From the NCBI GenBank assembly GCA_040390725.1, contig JAZJXT010000003.1:1-32501 (forward strand): 32,501 nt of DNA, given 5' to 3'. The notes under the pieces are model-generated. The model ran no database searches and had not been told where the DNA came from. It saw only the letters and a list, made by a program, of their open reading frames with translations. This document shows, piece after piece, positions 24,967-32,501 of the stretch. The stretch comes from Patescibacteria group bacterium. GTDB lineage: Bacteria; Patescibacteriota; Minisyncoccia; Phycocordibacterales; UBA9973. The position numbers and the translations under genes are program-made. The number at the start of each line of letters is the position of its first letter. Positions within the stretch are counted from its first letter, which is position 1.

Positions 24967-25611
24967 ATGGCAATATCAGCAAAAGCAACTCAAGAATTCG
25001 TCCCTATAAAAGAAGTCCGCGACGGAGTAATCGTTTTGAAAAACGGTGATTTTCGAGCTATTGTTTTAGCCAGCTCTGTAAACTTATCTTTAAAATCAGA
25101 AGAGGAGCAAAAAGCCACCATACTTCAATTCCAAAATTTCTTGAATACTTTGGATTTTTCCATACAAATATCAATACAATCCAGAAAGCTCGACATCCGC
25201 CCGTATCTTTTAATTTTAGAAAACAGAATGAAAGTGCAAAATGAACCTCTATTAAAATTGCAAACAAAAGACTATATAGAATTTATAAAAAGCTTCACCG
25301 AACGGGCGAGCATAATGACAAAAAACTTTTTTATAGTCGTGCCTTTCACTCCTACGGCCTTCAAGGCGGAAAGTGGCATCTTAAAAAAGATATTTTCCAA
25401 AAGCACGACCGAAGAAGAAAGAAAACTCGAGGAATCAAATTTCGAAGAAAAAAAATCACAACTGGAACAAAGAGTGGGCGTCATATCGCAAGGGCTCGCT
25501 CGCTGTGGGATAAATTCAGTGCAATTGGGAACGGCAGAAGTGGTGGAAGTTTTTTACAAAGTATTTAACCCGGGGGAGATAGAAGGCAAGATAAACCTGG
25601 GACAAAAATAG
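24967..25611 (+). CDS. stand-alone VirB4/TraE N-terminal-like domain protein
   Basis: TQEFVPIKEVRDGVIVLK...SVNLSLKSEEEQ...FLNTLDFSIQI...KNFFIVVP; lies between PrgI and the ATPase. Confidence 0.78.
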   Translation: MAISAKATQEFVPIKEVRDGVIVLKNGDFRAIVLASSVNLSLKSEEEQKATILQFQNFLNTLDFSIQISIQSRKLDIRPYLLILENRMKVQNEPLLKLQTKDYIEFIKSFTERASIMTKNFFIVVPFTPTAFKAESGILKKIFSKSTTEEERKLEESNFEEKKSQLEQRVGVISQGLARCGINSVQLGTAEVVEVFYKVFNPGEIEGKINLGQK

Positions 25612-25617
25612 TATAAT
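25612..25617 (+). promoter_or_regulatory. -10 box, leaderless geometry
   Basis: TATAAT, 6 nt, then ATG 25624. Confidence 0.55.
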
Positions 25618-25623
25618 AAATAT

Positions 25624-27453
25624 ATGTCATTTTTAGATAAATTATTAGGCAGAAATAGTGCTGGAGAAAACGAAACAAACGCTTCTATTTTGCCGGTGCT
25701 TCCGGAGCAAATATATGAATCAGCCACACTCGAACTCCAAGACGTGATAGCGCCTTCAGCCTTAAAAATAGAACCTAAATCCATAAACCTGGGTGATAAA
25801 ATAGCTCGCACTTTTTTCATCATGTCATACCCGCGCTTTCTAGCCGACAACTGGTTTTCTCCCATTATAAACTTAGATAAAATTTTTGATGTTTCTATTT
25901 TTATACACCCGATAGACACTTCTTTGGCTTTGCGCCAATTCCAGAAAAAAGTAGCCGAGGTGCAGAGCCAAATAAACACTCGCGAGTCCAAAGGCATGGT
26001 GCGCGACCCTATGCTCGACACTGCATTTCAAGATTTGGAAGGACTGCGCGACAGCCTGATGCAAGCCCAAGAAAAAATGTTTGATGTGGGTTTGTATATT
26101 ACTGTCTATGCCGACAATGAAATGGATCTTTTCAAGGTTGAGAATGAAATAAAATCAATCTTGGAATCAAAACTTATTTACATCAAACCCGCACTTTTCC
26201 AACAAGAAGATGGTTTTAAAAGTGTCATACCTATTGAAAATGATTTATTAAATATTCACCAAAAATTAAATTCTGAACCCTTGTCCAGTATTTTCCCATT
26301 TGTTTCTTTCGACCTGACTTCCGACAAAGGAATTCTTTACGGCATAAACAGACACAATAATAGCTTGATCATCTTCGACCGTTTTTCTTTGGAAAATTAT
26401 AATTCCGTAATGTTCGCAAAATCAGGATCAGGAAAAAGTTATTGTACAAAATTAGAAATCATCCGATCATTGATGTTTGATATTGATGTCATAGTCATAG
26501 ACCCGGAAAGGGAATATGAATACTTGGCGGAATCCGTCGGTGGAAGATATTTTAATATTTCTCTTTCTTCTGACCACCACATCAATCCTTTTGATTTGCC
26601 TATGCCCCGCGAAGATGAAACAGCTGAGGACGTCCTCCGTTCAAACACTATAAACCTCGTCGGACTTTTTAGGTTGATGTTAGGCGGGCTAACTCCAGAA
26701 GAGGACTCCATGGTGGACAGAGCCATCACTGAAACTTATGCGATAAAAGACATCACACCTGATTCTAATTTTGCAAATGTCGAACCTCCGCTACTTTCTG
26801 ATTTTGAAATGGTTCTTTCCGGAATGGAAGGCAGTGATTCGGTCATCCAAAGATTAGTAAAATACACTCGCGGTTCCTGGGCGACGTTTTTAAACAAACC
26901 GTCAAACGTGGATATCAATAAAAAATTTATAGTTTTTTCAGTACGTGACATGGAGGATGAATTAAAACCCGTAGCGATGTATATCATCACACACTTCATC
27001 TGGAACGCAGTGCGTAAAAACTTGAAAAAAAGATTATTGGTAGTCGATGAAGCATGGTGGATGATGAAATCCCCGGATACGGCATCATTTCTATTATCCA
27101 TAGCAAAAAGAGGCAGGAAATACTATTTAGGCCTAGCCACCATCACCCAAGATGCCGGTGACTTTATGCAATCAGAATACGGTAAACCCATCATCAGTAA
27201 TTCATCCATTCAAATACTCTTAAAACAATCGCCCTCAACCATAGGCATCTTGCAACAAACCTTCAACCTAACAGATGGAGAAAAATATTTACTCTTAGAG
27301 TCAGGGCGAGGGGAGGGATTGTTTTTTGCCGGGTCCAAGCACGTAGCTATAAAGATAGAAGCTTCATATACCGAGGACCAGATCATCACTTCAGACCCTT
27401 CACAAATTCAAGCCATCAAAAAAGCAAAACAAGAGCTGGAAGCAGAGAAATAA
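25624..27453 (+). CDS. virB4: VirB4-like type IV secretion/conjugation ATPase
   Basis: Walker A AKSGSGKS; VIDPEREY; INPFD; Walker B LLVVDEAW; KRGRKYYLGLATITQ; GEGL. Confidence 0.92.
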   Translation: MSFLDKLLGRNSAGENETNASILPVLPEQIYESATLELQDVIAPSALKIEPKSINLGDKIARTFFIMSYPRFLADNWFSPIINLDKIFDVSIFIHPIDTSLALRQFQKKVAEVQSQINTRESKGMVRDPMLDTAFQDLEGLRDSLMQAQEKMFDVGLYITVYADNEMDLFKVENEIKSILESKLIYIKPALFQQEDGFKSVIPIENDLLNIHQKLNSEPLSSIFPFVSFDLTSDKGILYGINRHNNSLIIFDRFSLENYNSVMFAKSGSGKSYCTKLEIIRSLMFDIDVIVIDPEREYEYLAESVGGRYFNISLSSDHHINPFDLPMPREDETAEDVLRSNTINLVGLFRLMLGGLTPEEDSMVDRAITETYAIKDITPDSNFANVEPPLLSDFEMVLSGMEGSDSVIQRLVKYTRGSWATFLNKPSNVDINKKFIVFSVRDMEDELKPVAMYIITHFIWNAVRKNLKKRLLVVDEAWWMMKSPDTASFLLSIAKRGRKYYLGLATITQDAGDFMQSEYGKPIISNSSIQILLKQSPSTIGILQQTFNLTDGEKYLLLESGRGEGLFFAGSKHVAIKIEASYTEDQIITSDPSQIQAIKKAKQELEAEK

Positions 27454-27456
27454 TAA

Positions 27457-27465
27457 TGATATAAT
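27457..27465 (+). promoter_or_regulatory. extended -10 promoter, leaderless geometry
   Basis: TGATATAAT, 6 nt, then ATG 27472. Confidence 0.7.
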
Positions 27466-27471
27466 CATACT

Positions 27472-28446
27472 ATGCTAAAAAAGGTTTTGATGTTAATAGT
27501 AATATTATTTTTAGGCACTTTTCACCTTGTCGGTGCTCAATCACAAGGCACTGATATTTCTTTAGACATTACTCCATCATTCCCATCTCCAAATCAAAAT
27601 GTAAGTGCCACCGTCTCCACTGTTTCTTTTGATTTAAACCACTCAAATATCACATGGCTATTAAATGGCACTCCATCACTGGAAGGTATCGGCAAAAAAG
27701 AATTTTCTTTTAGCGTTGGAGATGCAGGGTCTCAAACATCCGTGGAAGTTAAAATTCTTGCTCCGGATGGCAACCTCATAGACAAAGTTATAGTCATAAA
27801 CCCCGCTGGTATGGATTTGCTGTGGGAAGCTTATGACTCTTATGCTCCACCATTTTATAAGGGCAAAAAGCTCGTACCTAGCGAAGGTAGTTTTAAAGTA
27901 GTAGCTATACCAAACCTGCAGTCCAGGGGACAAAGAATACCTAGCAGTAATTTATCTTACAATTGGAAACAAGACAATGAAGCACAACAAGATTTATCCG
28001 GCTATGGAAAAGACTATTATGTTTTCAAAAATAATTATTTAGACAATGACAACACCGTCGAAGTGACTGCTTCCAGTGTCGCAGGGAATTCTGTATCCAC
28101 CAAAAGCATCACATTAACTCCCGGCAATCCTAAAATTGTTTTCTATGAAAAAGACCCTACTACCGGCATAAAATGGGAAAAATCTTTGCAAAATGGATTT
28201 TTTATCCCACAGGGTGGCACTTCAATAGTAGCTATGCCATATTTCTTTTCGCCCAATGACATAAGTTCTTCTGATATGACTTTTGATTGGTCTTTTAACG
28301 GCTCTGACATAAACACGCCTTCGACTAAAAATATTCTTTCCGTAAAACCAGGAACAACTGCCGGACAAACGGCAATAAAAGTAAATATTAAAAATGCCAC
28401 CACTTATTTTCAAGAATTAGAAAAAGAATTAGATGTTAGTTTTTAA
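27472..28446 (+). CDS. secreted protein with three probable Ig/PKD-like beta-sandwich modules
   Basis: Signal peptide; repeated ITWLLNG, SYNWKQDN, FDWSFNG; YAPPFYKGK. Confidence 0.8.
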   Translation: MLKKVLMLIVILFLGTFHLVGAQSQGTDISLDITPSFPSPNQNVSATVSTVSFDLNHSNITWLLNGTPSLEGIGKKEFSFSVGDAGSQTSVEVKILAPDGNLIDKVIVINPAGMDLLWEAYDSYAPPFYKGKKLVPSEGSFKVVAIPNLQSRGQRIPSSNLSYNWKQDNEAQQDLSGYGKDYYVFKNNYLDNDNTVEVTASSVAGNSVSTKSITLTPGNPKIVFYEKDPTTGIKWEKSLQNGFFIPQGGTSIVAMPYFFSPNDISSSDMTFDWSFNGSDINTPSTKNILSVKPGTTAGQTAIKVNIKNATTYFQELEKELDVSF

Positions 28447-28453
28447 AAATTAA

Positions 28454-30238
28454 ATGAAAAAAATATTTCCAAAAATTTTAATACTCGCATCATTCACCCT
28501 GGCTCTGCTGTTATTTATTTTACCGTTTAGTGGTAAAGCAAGTGGCCCTGATGCTACAACTCAAGTCGTAGAAAAATCAGTAACCATAAGGGTGACATTT
28601 GATACTCCAGCAGTAGGAAGCCAAGCATGTAAGGCTGAATTCAGCACCATTAACGATAAAGGGGTTGTTGTAACAAATAGCGTAGCAAACTTTACAGGAT
28701 CTGCTTCTAGCGTTTCAAAAACTTTTAATAATCTTGATCCTGGGAATTATACAGCAAATATAAAAGAAACTGATTGTTATAATTATGATTTATCGACTCC
28801 TTTTTCCATAATCAGAGTTTTTTCTGGTACATTTAATGGTGATATTAATGTAAAAAAAAATGAAAATAAATCAGCAACAATAATAGTTACCCCTGCAAAA
28901 CCAATCGGAAGTGGAACATGTACTGCAAAGTTTTCATTACATAATAAAAATAACCCCGATATTGGTGATTACGCAGTAGAGAATTTCCAAGGCACCGCTG
29001 AATTTGTTTCACACACTTTCACAGAGCTTGGAGATGGAACCTATACAATAAAAGTAGATATAGATGATTGTTATGGTAGTGTCCCTCTTTATACTTTTGA
29101 CTTTAATGTGGTGACATTAGACACCAGTTGTACACCGCCACAAGTCTTAGTCAACGGTTTTTGCTCAAATCCTAATACTAAAACAGATTATTATCCCTTA
29201 GCCTCCTTGCCAGGAGTAGGACAAACAGATTGTGAACCACAAAGCCAAGTATCCGGAGGCACGACAACTACTTGCGTTAAGACTGCTGACCCAAATGCTT
29301 TTGGTAATTATTTAAATGTACTTATAAAAATATTCATGGGTGTTTGCGCCGTTTTAGCTATGGTCATGATAGTCATGGGTGGAGTAGAATATATGACGAG
29401 CGAGCTAGCCTCCAGTAAAGAAGATGGCAAAAAAAGAATCACCCAAGCTGTTTTAGGATTACTTATTGCTCTAGGTGCTTATGCAATTTTAAACACCATA
29501 AACCCCGAACTCTTAAATACAAGCTTGAGCAATTTACCTCAAGCCATATTAGAACTAGACATACATGATGAAGCGTTAGATGAAACAAAATATTCAACAT
29601 CTCAACTCGCAAATTTAGCTCAATGCCCTGATGCCCCTATTACAACAGGTGATGGTGTTGTTGCAGACCCTGTCATTGCTAACCTCAATATACAAAACAA
29701 AATTTGCCAAAGATTTGGTCATAATGGACAATCAAAAATAAAAGGTATTATATTACACAGAACAACTGGCACAAACCCAAATGGTGCCTATGGTGCTTGG
29801 TTACAAAATTCAGGAACAAGCAAAGAGGCCGCGGCTCACTTTATTATTGATGCAAGTGGAAACGTTATACAAGCAGCCGAAATTAATAAATATACCTATT
29901 CAATTAGAAATTCTGATTTACTACCTGGGAACCTAAAAGGCACTCTGAGTAATACAAATACTATCAGTATCGAAGTTACAGGTAGATGTTTTATAGATAA
30001 CTTAGGTGGACAAAATTGTCTTTTAAATGATACAGATACAAATAAAGCAAACGATGCTAAAAAAATTGTCTGGGACTCTCCGACCCCTCCTCAGGAAGCA
30101 GCATTACACGAATTAGTTTACTATTTATTAGATAAATATAATTTAACCAATAGTAATATATACGCACACGGAGAAACTTCAAGCGCAAAAATATATAATG
30201 AGGCCTCAGAAATAACACAGTATATAAAATCACACTAA
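28454..30238 (+). CDS. fusion protein: signal peptide, two Ig/FN3-like repeats, VirB2/TrbC-like pilin domain, Amidase_2-like domain
   Basis: Pilin-like AVLAMVMIVMGGVEYMTS...KEDGKKRITQAVLGLLIALGAYAILNTINP; amidase-like GIILHRT, AHFIIDASGNVIQ, NTISIEVTG, IYAHGE. Confidence 0.82.
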   Translation: MKKIFPKILILASFTLALLLFILPFSGKASGPDATTQVVEKSVTIRVTFDTPAVGSQACKAEFSTINDKGVVVTNSVANFTGSASSVSKTFNNLDPGNYTANIKETDCYNYDLSTPFSIIRVFSGTFNGDINVKKNENKSATIIVTPAKPIGSGTCTAKFSLHNKNNPDIGDYAVENFQGTAEFVSHTFTELGDGTYTIKVDIDDCYGSVPLYTFDFNVVTLDTSCTPPQVLVNGFCSNPNTKTDYYPLASLPGVGQTDCEPQSQVSGGTTTTCVKTADPNAFGNYLNVLIKIFMGVCAVLAMVMIVMGGVEYMTSELASSKEDGKKRITQAVLGLLIALGAYAILNTINPELLNTSLSNLPQAILELDIHDEALDETKYSTSQLANLAQCPDAPITTGDGVVADPVIANLNIQNKICQRFGHNGQSKIKGIILHRTTGTNPNGAYGAWLQNSGTSKEAAAHFIIDASGNVIQAAEINKYTYSIRNSDLLPGNLKGTLSNTNTISIEVTGRCFIDNLGGQNCLLNDTDTNKANDAKKIVWDSPTPPQEAALHELVYYLLDKYNLTNSNIYAHGETSSAKIYNEASEITQYIKSH

Positions 30239-30244
30239 ATTAAC

Positions 30245-31585
30245 ATGTCAAAAAGAAATTTAACACTTTTAATAATAACACTCGTAGCCATACTGGCGAT
30301 ATTTTTCGGGTATATATTTTTCTCCGGAAAAACAACACCTACTACGGGGACAACTACAGGCACAAACTTTTTCTCATTCTTGCCTTTTACTAAAACCACA
30401 CCCACCCCTCCGGCACCTGTACCTCCGGCAAATGTTTCAGGAACTGAAACTACTCCTCCGGCACCAATAGAAGCAACCGTATCAAAATTAATAAAAGTCT
30501 CTAGCATGCCCATAGCAGGGTTTACAGTATTCCAAAAAGAAAGATTTAAAGAAATCCCACCGGTTATCCCAGTAGAGACAACCCCAGCTCCTACAACCAC
30601 AAAGAGTAAGGCAACAGTAAGACCTACCGCTCCGCAAACTGAATTCGTACCATCTGTGCGCTATGTTGCAAAAAATGACGGAAATATTTATCAAACTTTT
30701 GCGGAAAAAATAGAGGAAAGAAAATTTACTACAACCGTAGTCCCGCAAGTTTATGAAGCATATTTCGGAGCAAAAGGGGAGTCTGTATTTATGAGATATT
30801 TAAAATCAGACAATGAAACAATAGAGACTTTTATCGGTTCATTACCGAAAGAAATTCTAGGGGGCGACACCACAGGGAATACAGAAATAAAAGGTTCTTT
30901 CTTGCCAGAAAATATCACAGACATGAGCATGTCACCCGATGCCACGCAATTATTTTATTTATTCAACACAGGAGACACTGCCGTAGGTATAACTTCTGAC
31001 ACAGCAGGAGTAAAGAAATCCCAAGTTTTTGATTCCTCTTTCACAGAATGGCTTTCATGGTGGCCAAACAATAAAATGATAACATTAACGACAAAACCTT
31101 CTGCAAATATCCCGGGCTATATGTATACTGTTGACCCAACTAAAAAAGATTTTAATAGAATTTTAGGTGACATAAACGGGCTTACGACTCTCACCAGCCC
31201 AAATGGTAAACTCATCCTATATGGTAACAATAACTTATCATTAAATATTTATAATACAGAAAAAAAGGAGTCTACTGCCCTAAACTTAAAAACTTTACCG
31301 GAAAAATGCGTATGGAGTAAAAATAGTGATGCCTTGTATTGCAGTGTCCCAAAATCAATTGACCGAGCAGCATATCCTGATTCTTGGTATCAAGGTGAAA
31401 TTTCTTTCTCAGATGAAATCTGGAAAATAAATATAACAAACAACAATGCCACTGATCTGGCTGACCTGACAGGAATATCAGGCGAAGAAATAGATGGAGT
31501 AAAACTTGCCCTAGATGACAATGAAAATTACTTATTTTTTGTAAACAAAAAAGATTCTTATCTTTGGGAACTAAATTTGCATTAA
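30245..31585 (+). CDS. membrane-anchored beta-propeller (TolB/WD40-like) protein with Pro/Thr linkers
   Basis: N-terminal TM; blade-like MSPDATQLFY, TSPNGKLILY, WSKNSDALY, LDDNENYLFF. Confidence 0.8.
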   Translation: MSKRNLTLLIITLVAILAIFFGYIFFSGKTTPTTGTTTGTNFFSFLPFTKTTPTPPAPVPPANVSGTETTPPAPIEATVSKLIKVSSMPIAGFTVFQKERFKEIPPVIPVETTPAPTTTKSKATVRPTAPQTEFVPSVRYVAKNDGNIYQTFAEKIEERKFTTTVVPQVYEAYFGAKGESVFMRYLKSDNETIETFIGSLPKEILGGDTTGNTEIKGSFLPENITDMSMSPDATQLFYLFNTGDTAVGITSDTAGVKKSQVFDSSFTEWLSWWPNNKMITLTTKPSANIPGYMYTVDPTKKDFNRILGDINGLTTLTSPNGKLILYGNNNLSLNIYNTEKKESTALNLKTLPEKCVWSKNSDALYCSVPKSIDRAAYPDSWYQGEISFSDEIWKINITNNNATDLADLTGISGEEIDGVKLALDDNENYLFFVNKKDSYLWELNLH

Positions 31586-32046
31586 ATTCCCCCTAAATAT
31601 TTAATAACCACTCGTCTAGAAGGGCCATCGCCCATAGACTCTGTTTTTAAATCAGTTTCATTTGCTAAAAATTCATGCACAACCCTTCGATCAAAAGCCG
31701 ACATAGGGTCCACTTCCACATTTGTTTTAAAATATCTCGCTCGTTCTGCCATCATATGCGCCACCGCCTTCACGCTATCCATTCTCTTTTTATGAAAACC
31801 ATTCACGTCTACTAAAATATTTGCCCCGACATCGGGACTATTTTTAGATTCAACAATTCTTTTTACCAGATGATTTAATGAAAAAAGACCTTCTCCATCA
31901 CGAGAAACAAAGAAATGAGGTTCGGACACTTCTACGGAAAAAACCACACTTTTACCGTTATTTTCAGTGATTTCAATACTGTTTACAGTCACAGCCATTT
32001 TTTCTATCAAATCTTTTATTAAATTTTGTATTTCTTGATTATTCAT
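31582..32046 (-). CDS. jag: Jag/KhpB-like KH plus R3H RNA-binding protein
   Basis: R3H motif PMSAFDRRVVHEFL...TESMGDGPSRRVVI; degenerate KH domain; downstream of yidC. Confidence 0.9.
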   Translation of the reverse strand: MNNQEIQNLIKDLIEKMAVTVNSIEITENNGKSVVFSVEVSEPHFFVSRDGEGLFSLNHLVKRIVESKNSPDVGANILVDVNGFHKKRMDSVKAVAHMMAERARYFKTNVEVDPMSAFDRRVVHEFLANETDLKTESMGDGPSRRVVIKYLGGI

Positions 32047-32049
32047 ATT

Positions 32050-32501
32050 TTATTTAACAACAAGAAGAGCTTTTAATTCGTCTCTATTTTTCTTGTTGGC
32101 ATAAAGCTGTTGACCTATGGCAAATATATTACTAGTTATCCAATATATTGCAATAGCCCCGGAAATTTTGTACGCGATAAAAACCACGAGTAATGGGAAT
32201 ATATATTTCATCTGCATTTGCATGCTCTTGGCGAAGCTTTCCTGGAAAGACCCTGTGCTAGGCTCAGTACTAGGTTTAGGCTGTGGCATAAAGTACGCCA
32301 CGAAGAATTGTGATATGCCGGCGATAACAGCCAACGTGAGGCTCTTGTGACTTATGTCCACAAGCCCCAAGAAAAAATTATTTACTGGCTCCGGGCTGTG
32401 CACAAAAGAATATAAAATACCATCACCAAACTTTACTCCTTTGTAAAAAACATAATACAAAGCCCAAATTATAGGCAGCTGTACAAGAACCAAAAGACAA
32501 C
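32050..32501 (-). CDS. yidC: membrane protein insertase YidC, 5' part outside the window
   Basis: CLLVLVQLPIIWALY...GAIAIYWITSNIFAIGQQ; frame open to the window edge. Confidence 0.93.
   Translation of the reverse strand, partial: CLLVLVQLPIIWALYYVFYKGVKFGDGILYSFVHSPEPVNNFFLGLVDISHKSLTLAVIAGISQFFVAYFMPQPKPSTEPSTGSFQESFAKSMQMQMKYIFPLLVVFIAYKISGAIAIYWITSNIFAIGQQLYANKKNRDELKALLVVK

Noticed and set aside
13966-31585. Integrative conjugative element or genomic island
   Set aside because: No integrase, relaxase, att repeats or obvious compositional break; flanked directly by rsmA and jag/yidC.
31582-31585. Overlapping convergent stop codons (TTAA) with no terminator
   Set aside because: Common in compact genomes; nothing further supports a special role.

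Overview
AT-rich bacterial chromosomal segment whose gene content points to Patescibacteria (CPR, Parcubacteria-like); TGA appears to be a stop, so standard code 11. Left end: three tRNA genes (Gly-GCC partial, Pro-TGG, Gly-TCC), a DnaA box, five parS-like sites in and around yraN, and a LysM-LysM-M23 peptidase. Next is a run of large, charged hypothetical proteins without signal peptides (2.5-11 kb) ending in a DUF5663-like gene, then pcrA/uvrD and rsmA. A ~17.6 kb co-oriented envelope cluster follows, with VirB6-like, PrgI, split VirB4-like and VirB2-like pilin components but no relaxase, coupling protein or integrase. jag and a partial yidC close the window on the minus strand. Most notable signals: (1) a pilin-like protein fused to Ig-like repeats and an Amidase_2-like domain; (2) a ~62-aa domain I do not recognise, shared gap-free between a putative effector and a surface protein of the cluster; (3) two kinds of palindromic DNA element inserted in-frame in yraN, rsmA and pcrA; (4) repeated -10 box/6 nt/start codon (leaderless-type) gene starts; (5) A73 discriminator bases in both tRNA-Gly genes. 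All family calls come from motif recognition by eye; no searches were run.
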